Assembly (NCBI GenBank): GCA_002269645.1
Contig: NIVC01000267.1
Span: 317,902 to 381,901, forward strand
DNA length: 64,000 nt
Direction: 5' to 3'
Origin: Macrostomum lignano
Taxonomy: Eukaryota
A program made the position numbers and the translations under genes. A model generated the notes under the pieces. That model was given only the letters and a program-made list of their open reading frames with translations. It was not told where the DNA came from and made no database searches. Shown in pieces: positions 36,841-49,859 of the stretch (position 1 is its first letter; each line of letters begins with the position of its first letter).

Positions 36841-37194
36841 CCTATCCTGTATCGGGTATCTTAGAAACTGACTGATCAGAACCCAGCAGAGGCGCCCTCC
36901 GCGCATCAGATCGATGTGCATTCAATTAATGAATGCTTCAAAAAACTGACTCTAATAAAAATTTAATTCTTCTAACGCAGACACTGAGGCGGTTTTTTAT
37001 ATTTTTGAATGGAAAATTAGATTGGTAAAATCAGGAGAGATCCTAGTGAGGGTGGATTCTGTGAATTGAAATTAACACAACTGGGATTGGGATCTGCAAG
37101 CTGTTGGATTGAGGGGAAGAAAGGAGAATTAGGAGGCTGAAGGCTGACTGGGAATGGGAATGTAAGAGATGGTTAGAGGACAGGATTTGATAAT

Positions 37195-37550
37195 CGAGAA
37201 ATGGTGATAGGGGATCTGAGAAATGGTGAGAGGGGATTTGAGAGATTGTGAGAGGGGATCGAAGAGATGGGAGAGGGATCTGGGAGATGGGAGAGGGGCT
37301 CTGAGAGATTGTGAGAGAGGGGATCCGAGAGATGGTGAGAGGGGATCTGAGAGATTTTGAGAGGGGCTCTGAGAGATTGTGAGAGGGGGAATCTGAGAGA
37401 TGGTGAGAAGGGATTTGAGAGATGGTGAGAGGAGATCTGGGAGATGGGAGAGGGATCTGAGAGATGGTGAGAGGGATCTGGGAGATGGTGAGAAGGGATT
37501 TGAGAGATGAGGAGAGGGGATCTGAGAGATGGGGAGAGGAGATCTGAGAG
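37195..37550. repeat. Degenerate ~22-bp purine-rich minisatellite (GAGAGATGGTGAGAGGGGATCT)
   Basis: About 15 tandem degenerate units. Confidence 0.88.
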
Positions 37551-39390
37551 TTGGCAAAGGGAGGCATTGACAGATGATGAGATAAAACAGCAAGGAGAGG
37601 CCCCGCTGCTTGCCCTAGAAATCGCAGGATGTCAATTTCGAGCTGTGTCGGCAGCCTGCATGCACGCGGGTGACAAAGCTGCGCAGCTCTGCTTTAATTC
37701 CCCTTCGCGGTATCGTGAAGCTCCCCTAGCAGCACCGATGCTCACCTGTAGCACCTGCAGCCCCCGCTCAGTCAGGGGGGGGGGGAGAGAAAGAAAGGTG
37801 GGAGAAGGAAATACTGAGGATCAGTGATGAAGCTTCCCCGAGCCCAGCAGCCAATCGCCCCCGTGATTATTATGTGCTCATTCAGCTCGATGCGTGAAGC
37901 CTCAGTCAGTTACTGCAAAGCTTTCCTTCCTTTAACAAGCTGCTCTCCAGCCTCCCCACCCTGCACCCACCCCCCTCCGTCTGCCTTTTGTGCCCTCCTA
38001 AATAAGAGGCAGAGCGGGCGGTGGCGCAGGCCTGCCTGTTCGCTTCTTCCTGCTTGTTGACAACCGGGACGGGAGCAGGGCGCCCGGGTGTCCCAGGTGC
38101 GTTGCAAACAGACAAAGAAATACAGTTATATATGATTCAGTAGCCTCTGCCTGCTGCCGTCCACTCGGTGAGTTGCTTGGCCTCTTTAATCCTCCCCCTG
38201 AATACTCGAAGTGATTAGCAGTGATTATCGCCGGTGATTCCGCTGCTAATACTGTCGCCAGTTCGAGCTCCGAGTCCCCCGCGTATCAGCAGTTGAACCA
38301 CTGACGATTGTCGCTTCGAAACTCGGCCTCCCCGCGCCCTCTCCGCAGTGCCAGAGGCGGCCACGCCCTCGCCACAATTTTCTCCGCCATTCATACTGGC
38401 GCTACTCTACTGATAAGTAGTGCGAGCCAAGATTGAAGCGCATTTAGCTTTAATTTTTGTTGCACAATCAAATAAATACCGGCCGTCTCTGCCCCCGAAG
38501 GGCATTTTGGTTTTTATTGACAATTTTTTACAAACAAGCAACCCCCCCCCTCGTGAAAGATCAGAAACAGACCGGCCGGGCGGGGAGGTGACAACGCGGG
38601 AGAGAGGAATTGAAAAGAACTTTTTAAATTGAGGACCGAGTAAACGCGTACAAAGTGACAATTGTCAGGGCAGAAAAATAGCGAAAAAACAAGGTTTATA
38701 TATATAAGCTGCAGAATGGGGTACGTAGCGCTAACACTGGATTTATGTGCAGACAAATAAAAGCACTGCCTACTACTCGTTAGTAATATATATACAGGTA
38801 TTAAATACGCTTCTTCATTTATTGTATTATAGAGATCTTTCTAAGCCAGAGCAAGTTTAAATTGAGTTAGGCGGTACATACTACTACTAGTAATAATAAA
38901 ACGATAACACAAGCACTGAGCCAGGCTAGCAGAGAGCATTGTCAGATCAAGCGGACGCATTGCGGTGCAAAAATAATTATACAAGAAAAATAAGAGAAAA
39001 CATGTACACCGAGAGTACAGCGGAGCTGCTGTACCACTCACTGTACCAGTATAGAACTAACAGAACCAATCAGTTCCAATTAGGACAAACAGATAAACGC
39101 ACACAAAAGTTCGACTGTCTTTACAGAGTAGAGTAGTGGCTATTGATGAGGACGAAAATGTCTGCAAAATATGGCTCAGGGTTTCTTGTGGTTGGTTGTG
39201 TGTGTTTCTGTGTGGTTGCTATGCTGTTTCTATGTGGTTGCTATGCTGTTTCTACGTGGTTCCTTACCTGTTTCTGTATGGTTTCAACGCAGGTTTACGC
39301 AGCTATAAGTGGTTGCTATGCGGTTGCTATTCAGCTGCAATAGTCTAGAGAAGGTTGTCAAGCGGTTGCTTTGCCAGCTACGAACTAGAA

Positions 39391-41493
39391 TCAAACGGTG
39401 ATAATTTCGATTTCGTCGGCGGTAATCTCCGGTTTTCGCTCAACGTCAACCACGTGGTATTTCATGTGCAGCTTGAGGCTCAGCCGGTGCGTGAAGCTCT
39501 TGCCGCAGATCTGGCACACGTGCGGCCGCTCGCCAGTGTGCAGTCGCATGTGGTCCTCCAGGGTGTTGGCCTGGCGGAAGCGCTGGCCGCACAGGTCGCA
39601 CTTGTGTGGCTTGTCGCCCGTGTGGGTCAGCAGGTGATGGTTGAGGTGGGCGAGCTGGCGGAAGGCCCGGCCGCAGAGCTCGCAGTCGAACGGCTTCTCG
39701 TCACGGTGTATTCGCATGTGCACCTGCAGGCAAGCGGTGGACCCAAATCAGCCTACTTGTTAGTAGTCGCAAGACTCGCAACCGATATGAACGAAAATAA
39801 AAATAAAAACAGCCTTAAATCATGACTACCGTAGTATTCTCAATACAGGAGAGGGCGACTCTAGGGAGGGCGAATCTAGGGGAGTGTGATTCTAGGGAGG
39901 GCGACTCTATGGAGGGCGAATCTAGGAGAGGGTGAATCTAGGGAGGGCGAATCTAGGGGAGGGCAACTTTAGGGGAGGGCGACTCTAGGGAGGGCGAATC
40001 TAGGGAGGGCGAATCTAGGGGAGGGCGAATCTAGGCAGGGCGAATCTAGGAGAGAGCGAATCTAGGGGAGGGCGAATCTAGGGGAGGGCGAATCTAGGGA
40101 GGGCGACTATAAGGGAGGGCGAATATAGGGGAGGGCAACTTTAGGGGAGGGCGACTCTAGGGAGGGCGAATCTATGGAGGGCGAATCTAGGAGAGAGCGA
40201 ATCTAGGGGAGGGCGAATCTAGGGGGAGTTAATTAGACGGGAGTAGACGGGATCTTTACTTCAGCAGTCCACTCAGGTGCCCAAGTTGATAACCCCTTTA
40301 CAATGCATGTCATTAGTGACACGTGTAAAATTGAGCTCGACACGCACCTTCAGATAGCCCTGGTTAGCGTAGGTCTTGGCGCACACTGCGCACTGGTGCT
40401 TCTTGTCCGAGTGGTGCACCGGCAGGTGGCGCTTCAAGCTGGTCGGCGTGGCGAAGCTTTTGCCGCACTGCTTGCACACGTACGGCTTTTCTCCCGTGTG
40501 CGTCTCCAGGTGATTGCGCAGGTGGGCAAACAGGTGGAACCGGCGCTGGCAGACGTAGCAGGAGAAGCGCTTCTCCCGGTCCATGCTGAGCATTCGAGCG
40601 CGAACCACGGCCACCGATGCTCGCTGGTGCTGCTGGTGCTGGTGCTGCTGAAGCAGCTGGTGTTGCTGCTGCTGGAACTGCTGCTGCTGTTGCTGCTGCT
40701 GGCGGCTCATCAGCAGGGTTGAAGCAGCTGGGGACGCTGACGCAGCCATGACCGTCTGCTGCTGCTGCTGCTGCGAAGGCCGACTGGTAGAGGCGGCAGC
40801 GGCAGCGGCGGCGGTCTTCTGTATGGCAGCGCTGACGGGGCCGAAGTCCTGGCCGTGCTTGTCGGACAGGTAGTTGGCCAGCCGGGAGATGGTCGAGTTC
40901 AGCGTTGGCGCGTTGCTGCCGCGGCCGGCGCGCATCAGAGCCGCTCCGCTGCCGGCGCCGTCGTCGTCCTCGTCGGCAACGATCTCTTCCAGCTCGTCGA
41001 GTTCGTCGTCTGTGGCGGCCGAGGTGACCACAACCTCCTGGCCGGCCAGGGTGAACAGCGAGTCCACGGCGGCGTCGTCCACCGAGTCAACCGCAGCCGC
41101 CGCCTCCGCCGCTTCGGCCGCAGCCGCCGCCGCCGCAGCAGCAGCAGCCGCCGAGTTCGCCCCGACAATACGTCGGCCACCGCCAGAGCTCGCAGCCGCC
41201 GACACCGCGGTGGGTGTCGCAACATCGAGCGGCTCCTCCTTGACCAGCATGCGAGAGCCGCGGCCGGTGCGGACCTGCGGCCCGCCGGACAAAGACAGGT
41301 AGGTGGCAGCCCCGGCCCTGGGGCGAACCGGTGCTTCAAGTTGTCCAGCAGCCTGTTGAACTCTTCGTCGTTGCAGCCGGGCCCCGCCGCCGCCGCCGCC
41401 GCCGGCGCCAAAGCCGGGGTAGGCGAAGTCGTCAAATACAATCTCCACTTCAGGCTCCTCAATGGGCCGCAACTGCGACTTCCGACTGCTCAT
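39391..41493 (-). CDS. C2H2 zinc-finger transcription factor with six C-terminal fingers, 492 aa; exons 41493-40348 and 39723-39391
   Basis: Six CxxC-x12-HxxxH fingers with TGEKP, DEKPF, TGDKP and TGERP linkers. Phase-0 intron AAG|GTGCGT ... CTGCAG|GTG completes finger 3 (CAVCAKTYANQGYLK|VHMRIH). Poly-A and poly-Q N-terminal half. Orthology not recognised. Confidence 0.92.
39853..40228. repeat. 16-17-bp G-rich minisatellite (GAGGGCGAATCTAGGG) in the zinc-finger intron
   Basis: About 22 tandem units. Confidence 0.93.
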
Positions 41494-41835
41494 TTCGGGT
41501 AGTTAAAATTGAAATAGTCTTCAAATTAGGGTACTTTGTTATTTTAACAGATTTGCAGCTTGAGCTGAAACGGCAAAAGTTGTTTAAATAAGTCACTGGT
41601 ATGGGATGCGCTGCCATAGACACAGAGGAGCACCCACCCGGATGCGTACGCAAGGGACCCTTTATCAATAAATTACTTGCAGTAGTCAGTAGTTTATCTG
41701 CGCATTGTCACTTAAAATTTAATGTTGCAGCTAAAAATTAAGCTTCTTCCTACGGGCTTGTGGGCCTGGGGTTATGAAGGAACAGCAAGAGGGCAAGTAT
41801 TCATTTAATTCGATGTACACAAGTGACTGCAAGAC

Positions 41836-42066
41836 GGACGAAACTCAGACTAGGGGGGGCAGGCCCAATCTAGCTCAGCCAATGAGAGAGCAGTAAGGAG
41901 AGAGGTCAAAGTTAAACAGACGAAACACAGACTAGGGGGCAGGCCCAATCTAGCTCAGCCAATGAGAGAGCAGTAAGGAGAGAGGTGGAGAGAGGTCAAA
42001 GTTAAACAGACGAAACACTTTATCTATGGGGCAGGCCCAATCTAGCTCATCCAATGAGAGAGCAGC
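41836..42066. promoter_or_regulatory. Three ~80-bp direct repeats, each with two CCAAT motifs, 340-570 bp upstream of the zinc-finger ATG
   Basis: GCAGGCCCAATCTAGCTCAGCCAATGAGAGAGCAG occurs three times. A regulatory role is inferred from position only. Confidence 0.4.
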
Positions 42067-43029
42067 GAAAAAAGAGGCGAAAATCGGACACATGGACAAA
42101 AGAGAGAAACAAATAAACTCGCACTTTGCACACGCACTAGAATTTGGGTTTTTCTTAGTTTTCCTACAATCTTCAATCTTAAATTGATTTTAGAGAGCCA
42201 ACCCCTGAGGCCCGGAGTCTGTACATCCTGGCGATAAGAAAGTCAAAGGGCCTGCCAGAAAAGTCAGACTCGTTTACCGCCGAGCTGTTCCACCCCTAAG
42301 ACTCCGAACTCCCAGATTTCTGAGCTCAACGCGCAGTTAACGCCTATTCCTATTACACGAAAAGATAATGAAGCAAAAAGATGGCTGACAAAGCTGCAAT
42401 GCCCCTCCCAAAGTCAGCCATCATCCATCATCCATCAGCCAACTCATCAAGAGTCCCCCCTCGGTCACCCGACCACCCTAGCCATTAGCATAGAGAGCAG
42501 GGTGATCAAGGACGAGCTCGGGATCCGAGAGGATCAGCCCAAGGGATTGGCCCCGCGCCCATTTCTAACAGTGTTTTTTAATCCAGATGAGAGAAAAGGC
42601 CTCTGAGAAATGCATCCTGAGCCTATGGGATGAAAATCTCCAAGCGATATCCCAATGCTGAGTCTGGGATTCTGTCTAGATTGGACTCTGCTTTGACAGA
42701 CAGGCCAGCGTTTGGGGAATAAAAATATTGGGGAAGCGAGCAGAACTGACCCTCAATTCTAGATATTTCTGGAAAATAACAATTGGCTGCGATAGAGAGT
42801 CAGAGCATAGTTAAAATACTAGCAATAAATGATGAGATTATTTATGCAAATAAAGGCATGTGGCGAGGCGATAATGAAGTAAAGCTTGTGGGATTCTCCA
42901 ATACAGTAAGGACAAGAGGAGCGGCACGAAATGTTTTTGCGTCTACCGAGTATATGAGCTGTTAGTGGCGAAACAGTTCTTGCAACTTCTAGAAAGTATT
43001 ATTTATAATATGCTTGTCTAACTATGCAC

Positions 43030-43705
43030 CCGACTCAAATCTGAGCACTCAGACAACCAACTCAAATCTGAGCACTCAAATAACCAACTCAAATCTGAGC
43101 ATTCAGACAACCAAAACTCAAATCTGAGCACTCAAATAACCAACTCAAATCTGAGCATTCAGACAACCAACTCAAATCTGAGCACTCAAATAACCAACTC
43201 AAATCTGAGCATTCAGACAACCAACTCAAATCTGAGCACTCAAATAACCAACTCAAATCTGAGCATTCAGACAACCAACTCAAATCTGAGCATTCAGACA
43301 ACCAACTCAAATCTGAGCATTCAGACAACCAACTCAAATCTGAGCATTCAGACAACCAACTCAAATCTGAGCATTCAGACAACCAACTCAAATCTGAGCA
43401 TTCAGACAACCAACTCAAATCTGAGCATTCAGACAACCAACTCAAATCTGAGCACTCAAATAACCAACTCAAATCTGAGCATTCAGACAACCAACTCAAA
43501 TCTGAGCATTCAGACAACCAACTCAAATCTGAGCACTCAAATAACCAACTCAAATCTGAGCATTCAGACAACCAACTCAAATCTGAGCACTCAAATAACC
43601 AACTCAAATCTGAGCATTCAGACAACCAACTCAAATCTGAGCATTCAGACAACCAACTCAAATCTGAGCACTCAGACAACCAACTCAAATCTGAGCACTC
43701 AGACA
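43030..43705. repeat. 27-bp minisatellite (ACTCAAATCTGAGCATTCAGACAACCA), ~25 copies
   Basis: Direct tandem units with two alternating variants. Confidence 0.96.
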
Positions 43706-43904
43706 CACAAACTAAATAACAGCAGAACCGGACTGAAAAGGCCTGTCAACTTTAGCTCATAACTAGCAATCTTCGCCCCCGTTGGGGGACATCTGGATAG
43801 AATCTCTGTTCTCTACAAGTAACAAAAAGACAGCCAAATAAAGCCTTCACAAAGACGACAGACAAACTGCTCAAATAAAGTGTAATGCAAAAAAAAATCA
43901 TCCC

Positions 43905-44452
43905 AAGACAGCAAGCATCCCAAGATAGCAAGCATCCCCCAGATTGCAAGCATCCCCTAGATAGCAAGCATCCCCCACATAGCAAGCATCCCCCAAATAG
44001 CAAGCATCCCCCAGATAGCAAGCATCCCCCCAGATAGCAGGCACCCCCAGATAGCAAGCACCCCCCAGATAGCAGGCACCCCCCATATAGCAAGCACTCC
44101 CCAGATAGCAGGCACCCCCCAGATAGCAAGCATCCCCCAGATAGCAAGCACCCCAGATAGCAAGCGACCCCAGATAGCAGGAACCCCCAGATAGCAGGCA
44201 CCCCCAGATAGCAAGCACACCAGATAGCAAGCACCCCCAGATAGCAAACACCCCAGATAGCAAGCACCCCCAGATAGCAAGCACCACCAGATAGCTAGCA
44301 CCCCCAGATAGCAGGCACCCCCAGATAGCAGGCACCCCCAGATAGCAAGCACCTCCAGATAGCAAGCACCCCCAGATAGCAAGCACCACCAGATAGCAAG
44401 CACCCCCAGATAGCAGGCTCTCCCAGATAGCAAGCACCCCCAGATAGCAGGC
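43905..44452. repeat. 17-18-bp minisatellite (CAGATAGCAAGCACCCC)
   Basis: Tandem units; the same family recurs at 51008-51225. Confidence 0.95.
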
Positions 44453-47400
44453 GACATGGTGGCTTTTTACTGTTAGACATGGTGGCTCTTTAATGTTCGA
44501 CATGGTGGTTCTTTAATGTTTGACATGGTGGCTCTTTACTGTTAGACATGGTGGCTCTTTAATGTTCGATATGGTGGCACTTTAATGTTTGACATCATGC
44601 CAGATTTATGTTCGACATGGTGGCTCTTTAATGTTCGAAATGGTGGCTCTTTTATGTTCGACATGGTGGCTCTTTAATGTTCGACATGGTGGTTCTTTAA
44701 TGTTCGACATGGTGGCTCTTTACTGTTAGACATGGTGGCTCTTTAATGTTCGATATGGTGGCACTTTAATGTTTGACATCATGCCAGATTTATGTTTGAC
44801 ATGGTGGCTCTTTAATGTTCGACATGGTGGCTCTTTTAGGTTTGACATGGTGGCTCTTTAATGTTCGACATGGTGGTTCTTTAATGTTCGACATGGTGGC
44901 TCTTTACTGTTAGACATGGTGGCTCTTTAATGTTCGATATGGTGGCACTTTAATGTTTGACATCATGCCAGATTTATGTTTGACATGGTGGCTCTTTAAT
45001 GTTCGACATGATGGCTCTTTTAGGTTTGACATGGTGGCTCTTTAATGTTCCACATGGTGGCCCTTTAATGTTCGACATGGTGGCTCTTTATTGTTAGACA
45101 TGGTGGCTCTTTAATGTTCGATATGGTGGCACTTTAATGTTTGACATCATGCCAGATTTATGTTTGACATGGTGGCTCTTTAATGTTTGACATGGTGGCT
45201 CTTTTAGGTTTGACATGGTGGCTCTTTAATGTTCCACATGGTGGCCCTTTAATGTTCGACATGGTGGCTCTTTAATGTCAGACATGGTGGCTCTTTAATG
45301 TTCGACATGGTGGCTCTTTAATGTTCGACATGGTTGCTCTTTAATGTTCGAAATGGTGGCTCCTTAATGTTTGAAATAAAGTCACATATATGTTAGACAT
45401 AAAGTCACATATATGTTTGACATAAAGTCACATATATGTTTGACATAAAGTCACATTTATGTTTGACATAAAGTCACATATATGTTTGACATAAAGTCAC
45501 ATATATGTTTGACATAAAGTCACATATATGTTTGACATAAAGTCACATATATGTTTGACATAAAGTCACATTTATGTTTGACATAAAGTCACATATATGT
45601 TTGACATAAAGTCACATATATGTTTGACATAAAGTCACATATATGTTCGACATGGTGGCTCTTTTTAACATCTGACATGGTGGCTCTTCTATGTTTAACA
45701 TGGTGGCTCTTTTATGTTTGACATGGTGGCTCTTTAATGTTCTTCATGGTGGCTCTTTAATGTTCGACATGGTGGCTCTTTAATGTTCGACATGGTGGCT
45801 CTTTAATGTTCGACATGGTTGCTCTTTAATGTTCGAAATGGTGGCTCCTTAATGTTTGAAATAAAGTCACATATATGTTAGACATGGTGGCTCTTTTTAA
45901 CATCTGACATGGTGGCTCTTCTATGTTTAACATGGTGGCTCTTTTATGTTTGACATGGTGGCTCTTTAATGTTCTTCATGGTGGCTCTTTAATGTTCGAC
46001 ATGGTGGCTCTTTAATGTTCGACATGGTGGCTCTTTAATGTTCGACATGGTTGCTCTTTAATGTTCGAAATGGTGGCTCCTTAATGTTTGAAATAAAGTC
46101 ACATATATGTTAGACATGGTGGCTCTTTTTAACATCTGACATGGTGGCTCTTCTATGTTTAACATGGTGGCTCTTTTATGTTTGACATGGTGGCTCTTTA
46201 ATGTTCTTCATGGTGGCTCTTTAATGTTCGACATGGTGGCTCTTTGATGTTCTTCATGGTGGCTCTTTTTTGTTCGACATGGTGGCTCTTTTTTGTTCTA
46301 CATGGTAACTCTTTTATGTTTGATACGGTGGCTTTTTTATGTCTGACATGTTGGCTCTTTTATGTTTGACATGGTGGCTCTTTAATGTTCGACAAAGTGG
46401 CTCTTTAATGTTTGACATGGTGGCTATTGTTTGATATGCTGGCTCTTTAATTTTCGAAATAGTGGCTCTTCAATGTTTGAAATGGTGGCTCTTTTATGTT
46501 CAACATGGTGGCTCTTTAATGTTTGACATGGTGGCTCTTAAATGTTCGACATGGTGGCTCTTTAATGTTCGACATGGTGGCTCTTTAATGTTCGAAATGG
46601 TGGCTCTTTTATGTTCGACATGGTGGCTCTTTAATGTTTGACATAGTGGCTTCTAATTGTTTGACATGGTGGCTCTTTAATGTTCAAAATGGTGGCTCTT
46701 TTATGTTTGACATGGTGGCTCTTTAATGTTCGACATGGTAGCTCTTTTATGTTCGACATGGTGGCTCTTAAATGTTTGACATGGTGGCTCTTAAATGTTT
46801 GACATGGTGGCTCTTTAATATTCTACATGGTGGCTCTTTTATGTTCGACATGGTGGCTCTTTCATGTTCTTCATGGTATAGCTCTTTTATGTTAGACATG
46901 GTGGCTCTTTAATGTTCGACATAGTGGCTTTTTAAGGTTTGAAATGGTAACTCTTTAATGTTTGACATAGTGGCTTCTAATTGTTCGAAATGGTGGCTCT
47001 TTAATGTTCGAAATGGTGGCTCTTTTATGTTTGACATGGTGGCTCTTTAATGTTCGACATGGTAGCTCTTTTATGTTCGACATGGTGGCTCTTAAATGTT
47101 TGACATGGTGGCTCTTAAATGTTTGACATGGTGGCTCTTTAATATTCTACATGGTGGCTCTTTTATGTTCGACATGGTGGCTCTTTCATGTTCTTCATGG
47201 TATAGCTCTTTTATGTTAGACATGGTGGCTCTTTAATGTTCGACATAGTGGCTTTTTAAGGTTTGAAATGGTAACTCTTTAATGTTTGACATAAAGTCAC
47301 ATATATGTTTGACATGGTGGCTCCTAAATGTTTGACATGGTGGCTCCTAAATGTTTGACATGTTGGCTCTTTTATGTTTGACATGGTGGCTCTTTAATGT

Positions 47401-47790
47401 TCGACAAAGTGGCTCTTTAATGTTTGACATGGTGGCTCTTAAATGTTCGACATGGTGGCTCTTTAATGTTCGACATGGTGGCTCTTTAATGTTCGAAATG
47501 GTGGCTCTTTTATGTTCGACATGGTGGCTCTTTAATGTTTGACATGGTGGCTTCTAATTGTTTGACATGGTGGCTCTTTAATGTTCAAAATGGTGGCTCT
47601 TTAATGTTCGAAATGGTGGCTCTTTAATGTTCGAAATGGTGGCTCTTTTATGTTTGACATGGTGGCTCTTTTATGTTTGACCTGGTGGCTCTTTTATGTT
47701 TGACATGGTGGCTCTTCTATGTTTGATATGTTAACTCTTTTATGTTCGATATGTTGGCTCTTCTATGTTTGACATTGCGCTTCTTTGATG
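44452..47790. repeat. 3.3-kb 23-bp satellite (GACATGGTGGCTCTTTAATGTTC) with nested variant (GACATAAAGTCACATATATGTTT) at ~45375-45645
   Basis: Continuous tandem array. Confidence 0.97.
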
Positions 47791-48960
47791 TTTAGCAGTT
47801 TTGTTGTGTTTTTAAGGTGTTTTAATAAAAAATATCTTTTTGTACTACTAAGATTCGAACCCAGGTTGCTACAATAGCATTCCAGTCTGTTCGCATCAGG
47901 GCTATCTCTTTTCAATTGGAGAACATGAATTGTGGCCCTTATAATTCAATTCTTACAGCAAGTCAATCGGAGTAAAAAGTTATGACATAATCAATTTCTC
48001 AGTCAGCCAGTATCAGTCTCAATTTAAGTTAGCAATATGGTTACGCAATTTAAATCAAGTCGTGTGTGCATTTCTTCGGCACTGTTTTCAACTTGTTGTG
48101 ATGCAATCTTTATCACAATCGGAATTCAGTCAGTCAGTTTTTTCTCTAGCATTCTTACAATGCATTTTAAGTCGAAAATTTGGCTTGACCTTTGCAAAAA
48201 AGCATGTTTTTCGAATATTTAATCCCTTTAACATTGAGCAATTTCTTAGCCAAGATGCATGTACCGTCCCAGGAAAATTTCTGATCGAATGGTGCAAGTT
48301 TGAAGAAAATCGGTTAAGCCAATTTTTCTGAAATCTATCGCATAGCTACAGACATTTCATTTTTAGTATATGGGACTAGCTAAAGTTTTGCCCCCCTTCG
48401 GGGAGCAGAAATAATTAATATTCGTCTAATATAATATACCTTTTAGCAGGAGTACTTTAAGTGTTTTTCTTAAGCTTAAGCTTAAAATAGGAATTTTTGG
48501 AGATCGTTAATAACGCATTTTAGGTAAAACAAAACTATCAACTTTTTACAGTTTTTAGTTTAGAGCCCTGTATATGTCAACGTGTTTGATAAAAATTATT
48601 TTTATCATTTTTGATAAAAAATGGCCTTCGGGGTGGCCAATAAGCAAGGGACGAATCCTTTTAAATGAAAAAAAATTCTTAGGGAGGGGGGCTAGGAATC
48701 GAATTCTCATTTTAATTCCAGGCTTATGTACCAATAAAACATGTTTGTGCAGAATTTTATAACAGACATTGAAATTCAACCATACTTGCCTTCTTTCAGA
48801 GCTACTTCTACCAGTATGCTTCAGTACGCTACCAGTACCCTTGTAAGCCTTGACATGTCAGCAATCCCCCCCCACAAGCCTTAACATATCAACTCCCCCT
48901 TGACATCTCAGCAATGCTCCCACAAGCCTTGAAATCTTAAAAAATCTGTCTATTTTCTAA

Positions 48961-48990
48961 CCCTAACCCTAACCCTAACCCTAACCCTAA
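48961..48990. repeat. Interstitial telomere-type repeat (CCCTAA)5
   Basis: Five perfect CCCTAA units. Confidence 0.9.
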
Positions 48991-49859
48991 AGCATTGAAA
49001 TTTCAGTAATTCTCTCTAAGAGTCTATAGCACTACTACAGCATTATAGCGATTCCCTGCAAGCCTCGACATCGTAGGGATTCCCAAATGAATCTCTTAAC
49101 TTTGACATGAAGCTTCTTTTTTTTTTACATTACGCTTTTTCTATCAGCGATCCCTCCCGTGAGGAGCCGACAAATAATGTAATAACTTTTTTCCAATAAA
49201 CTACATGTAGCTTCTGACATTAGCCTTGACATCTCATTTATTCCCCCGTGAGCCTTGACATCTCAGCTATAGATAGATAGATAGATTCCCCTCGTAAGCC
49301 TTGACATGTCAGCGATGCCCCCCATAAACCTTGAAATCTAAAAAATCCCCTGTTAACCTTGAAACGCGCTAAAATCTAACCCTCAACCCAAACCTGACGT
49401 AAACCTAACTTTCACCCAACCTAAAGCCTTGAAATCACAGCAATTCTTCTTCCCTAAGCCTTGGCATTTAAGTGATTCCTTCTTTAAGAATCACAGCACT
49501 ATAACGATTCCCTCCAAGCTTTGACATCGTAGCAATTCCCAAATGAATCTTTTAACTTTGACATGACTTTTATTTTATGTATACATAGTGCTCCTTTTAT
49601 TTTTACATGACTCTTCTTCTATCAGCGCCCCCCCCACCGTGGCAAGCCAACAAAGAATGCAATAAAAAACTTAAGTAAAGTACATGTACTTTGAAGTAGC
49701 TTCTGACTTTTGCTTTAACATCTCAGAAACCCCCCTGTAATCTCAGTTATTCTCTGTGAGCCTTGACGTCTCAGTAATTCTCCCCAGCACAGCACTGTAC
49801 TATAGCTTCATTTAATTTTTATATGACATTTCTTTCATGTCTGACATGACGCTTCTTTT

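Larger units (their letters stand above)
43900..48370 (+). mobile_element. Composite satellite-bearing Helitron/DINE-like element, copy A
   Basis: CAGATAGCAAGCA satellite (43905-44452), 23-bp satellite (44452-47790), antisense tRNA-like segment (~47850-47900), core homologous to 52675-53275, TTTTAGTATAT end. Confidence 0.6.

Noticed and set aside
38100-38175. Possible plus-strand non-coding exon ending at a GTGAGT donor (~38169)
   Set aside because: No linked acceptor or coding sequence found; unsupported without RNA data.
39273-41493. Naming the zinc-finger gene (Snail, Gfi, Blimp etc.)
   Set aside because: No SNAG, BTB, SET or other diagnostic domain, and the finger sequences do not match a family I recognise.
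40855-41502. Antisense or alternative-frame ORFs over GC-rich exons (also 8307-9143, 22394-23374, 28164-28864)
   Set aside because: Shadows of real GC-rich coding exons.
48961-48990. True chromosome end or fusion scar
   Set aside because: Only five units, one orientation, inside a local duplication.
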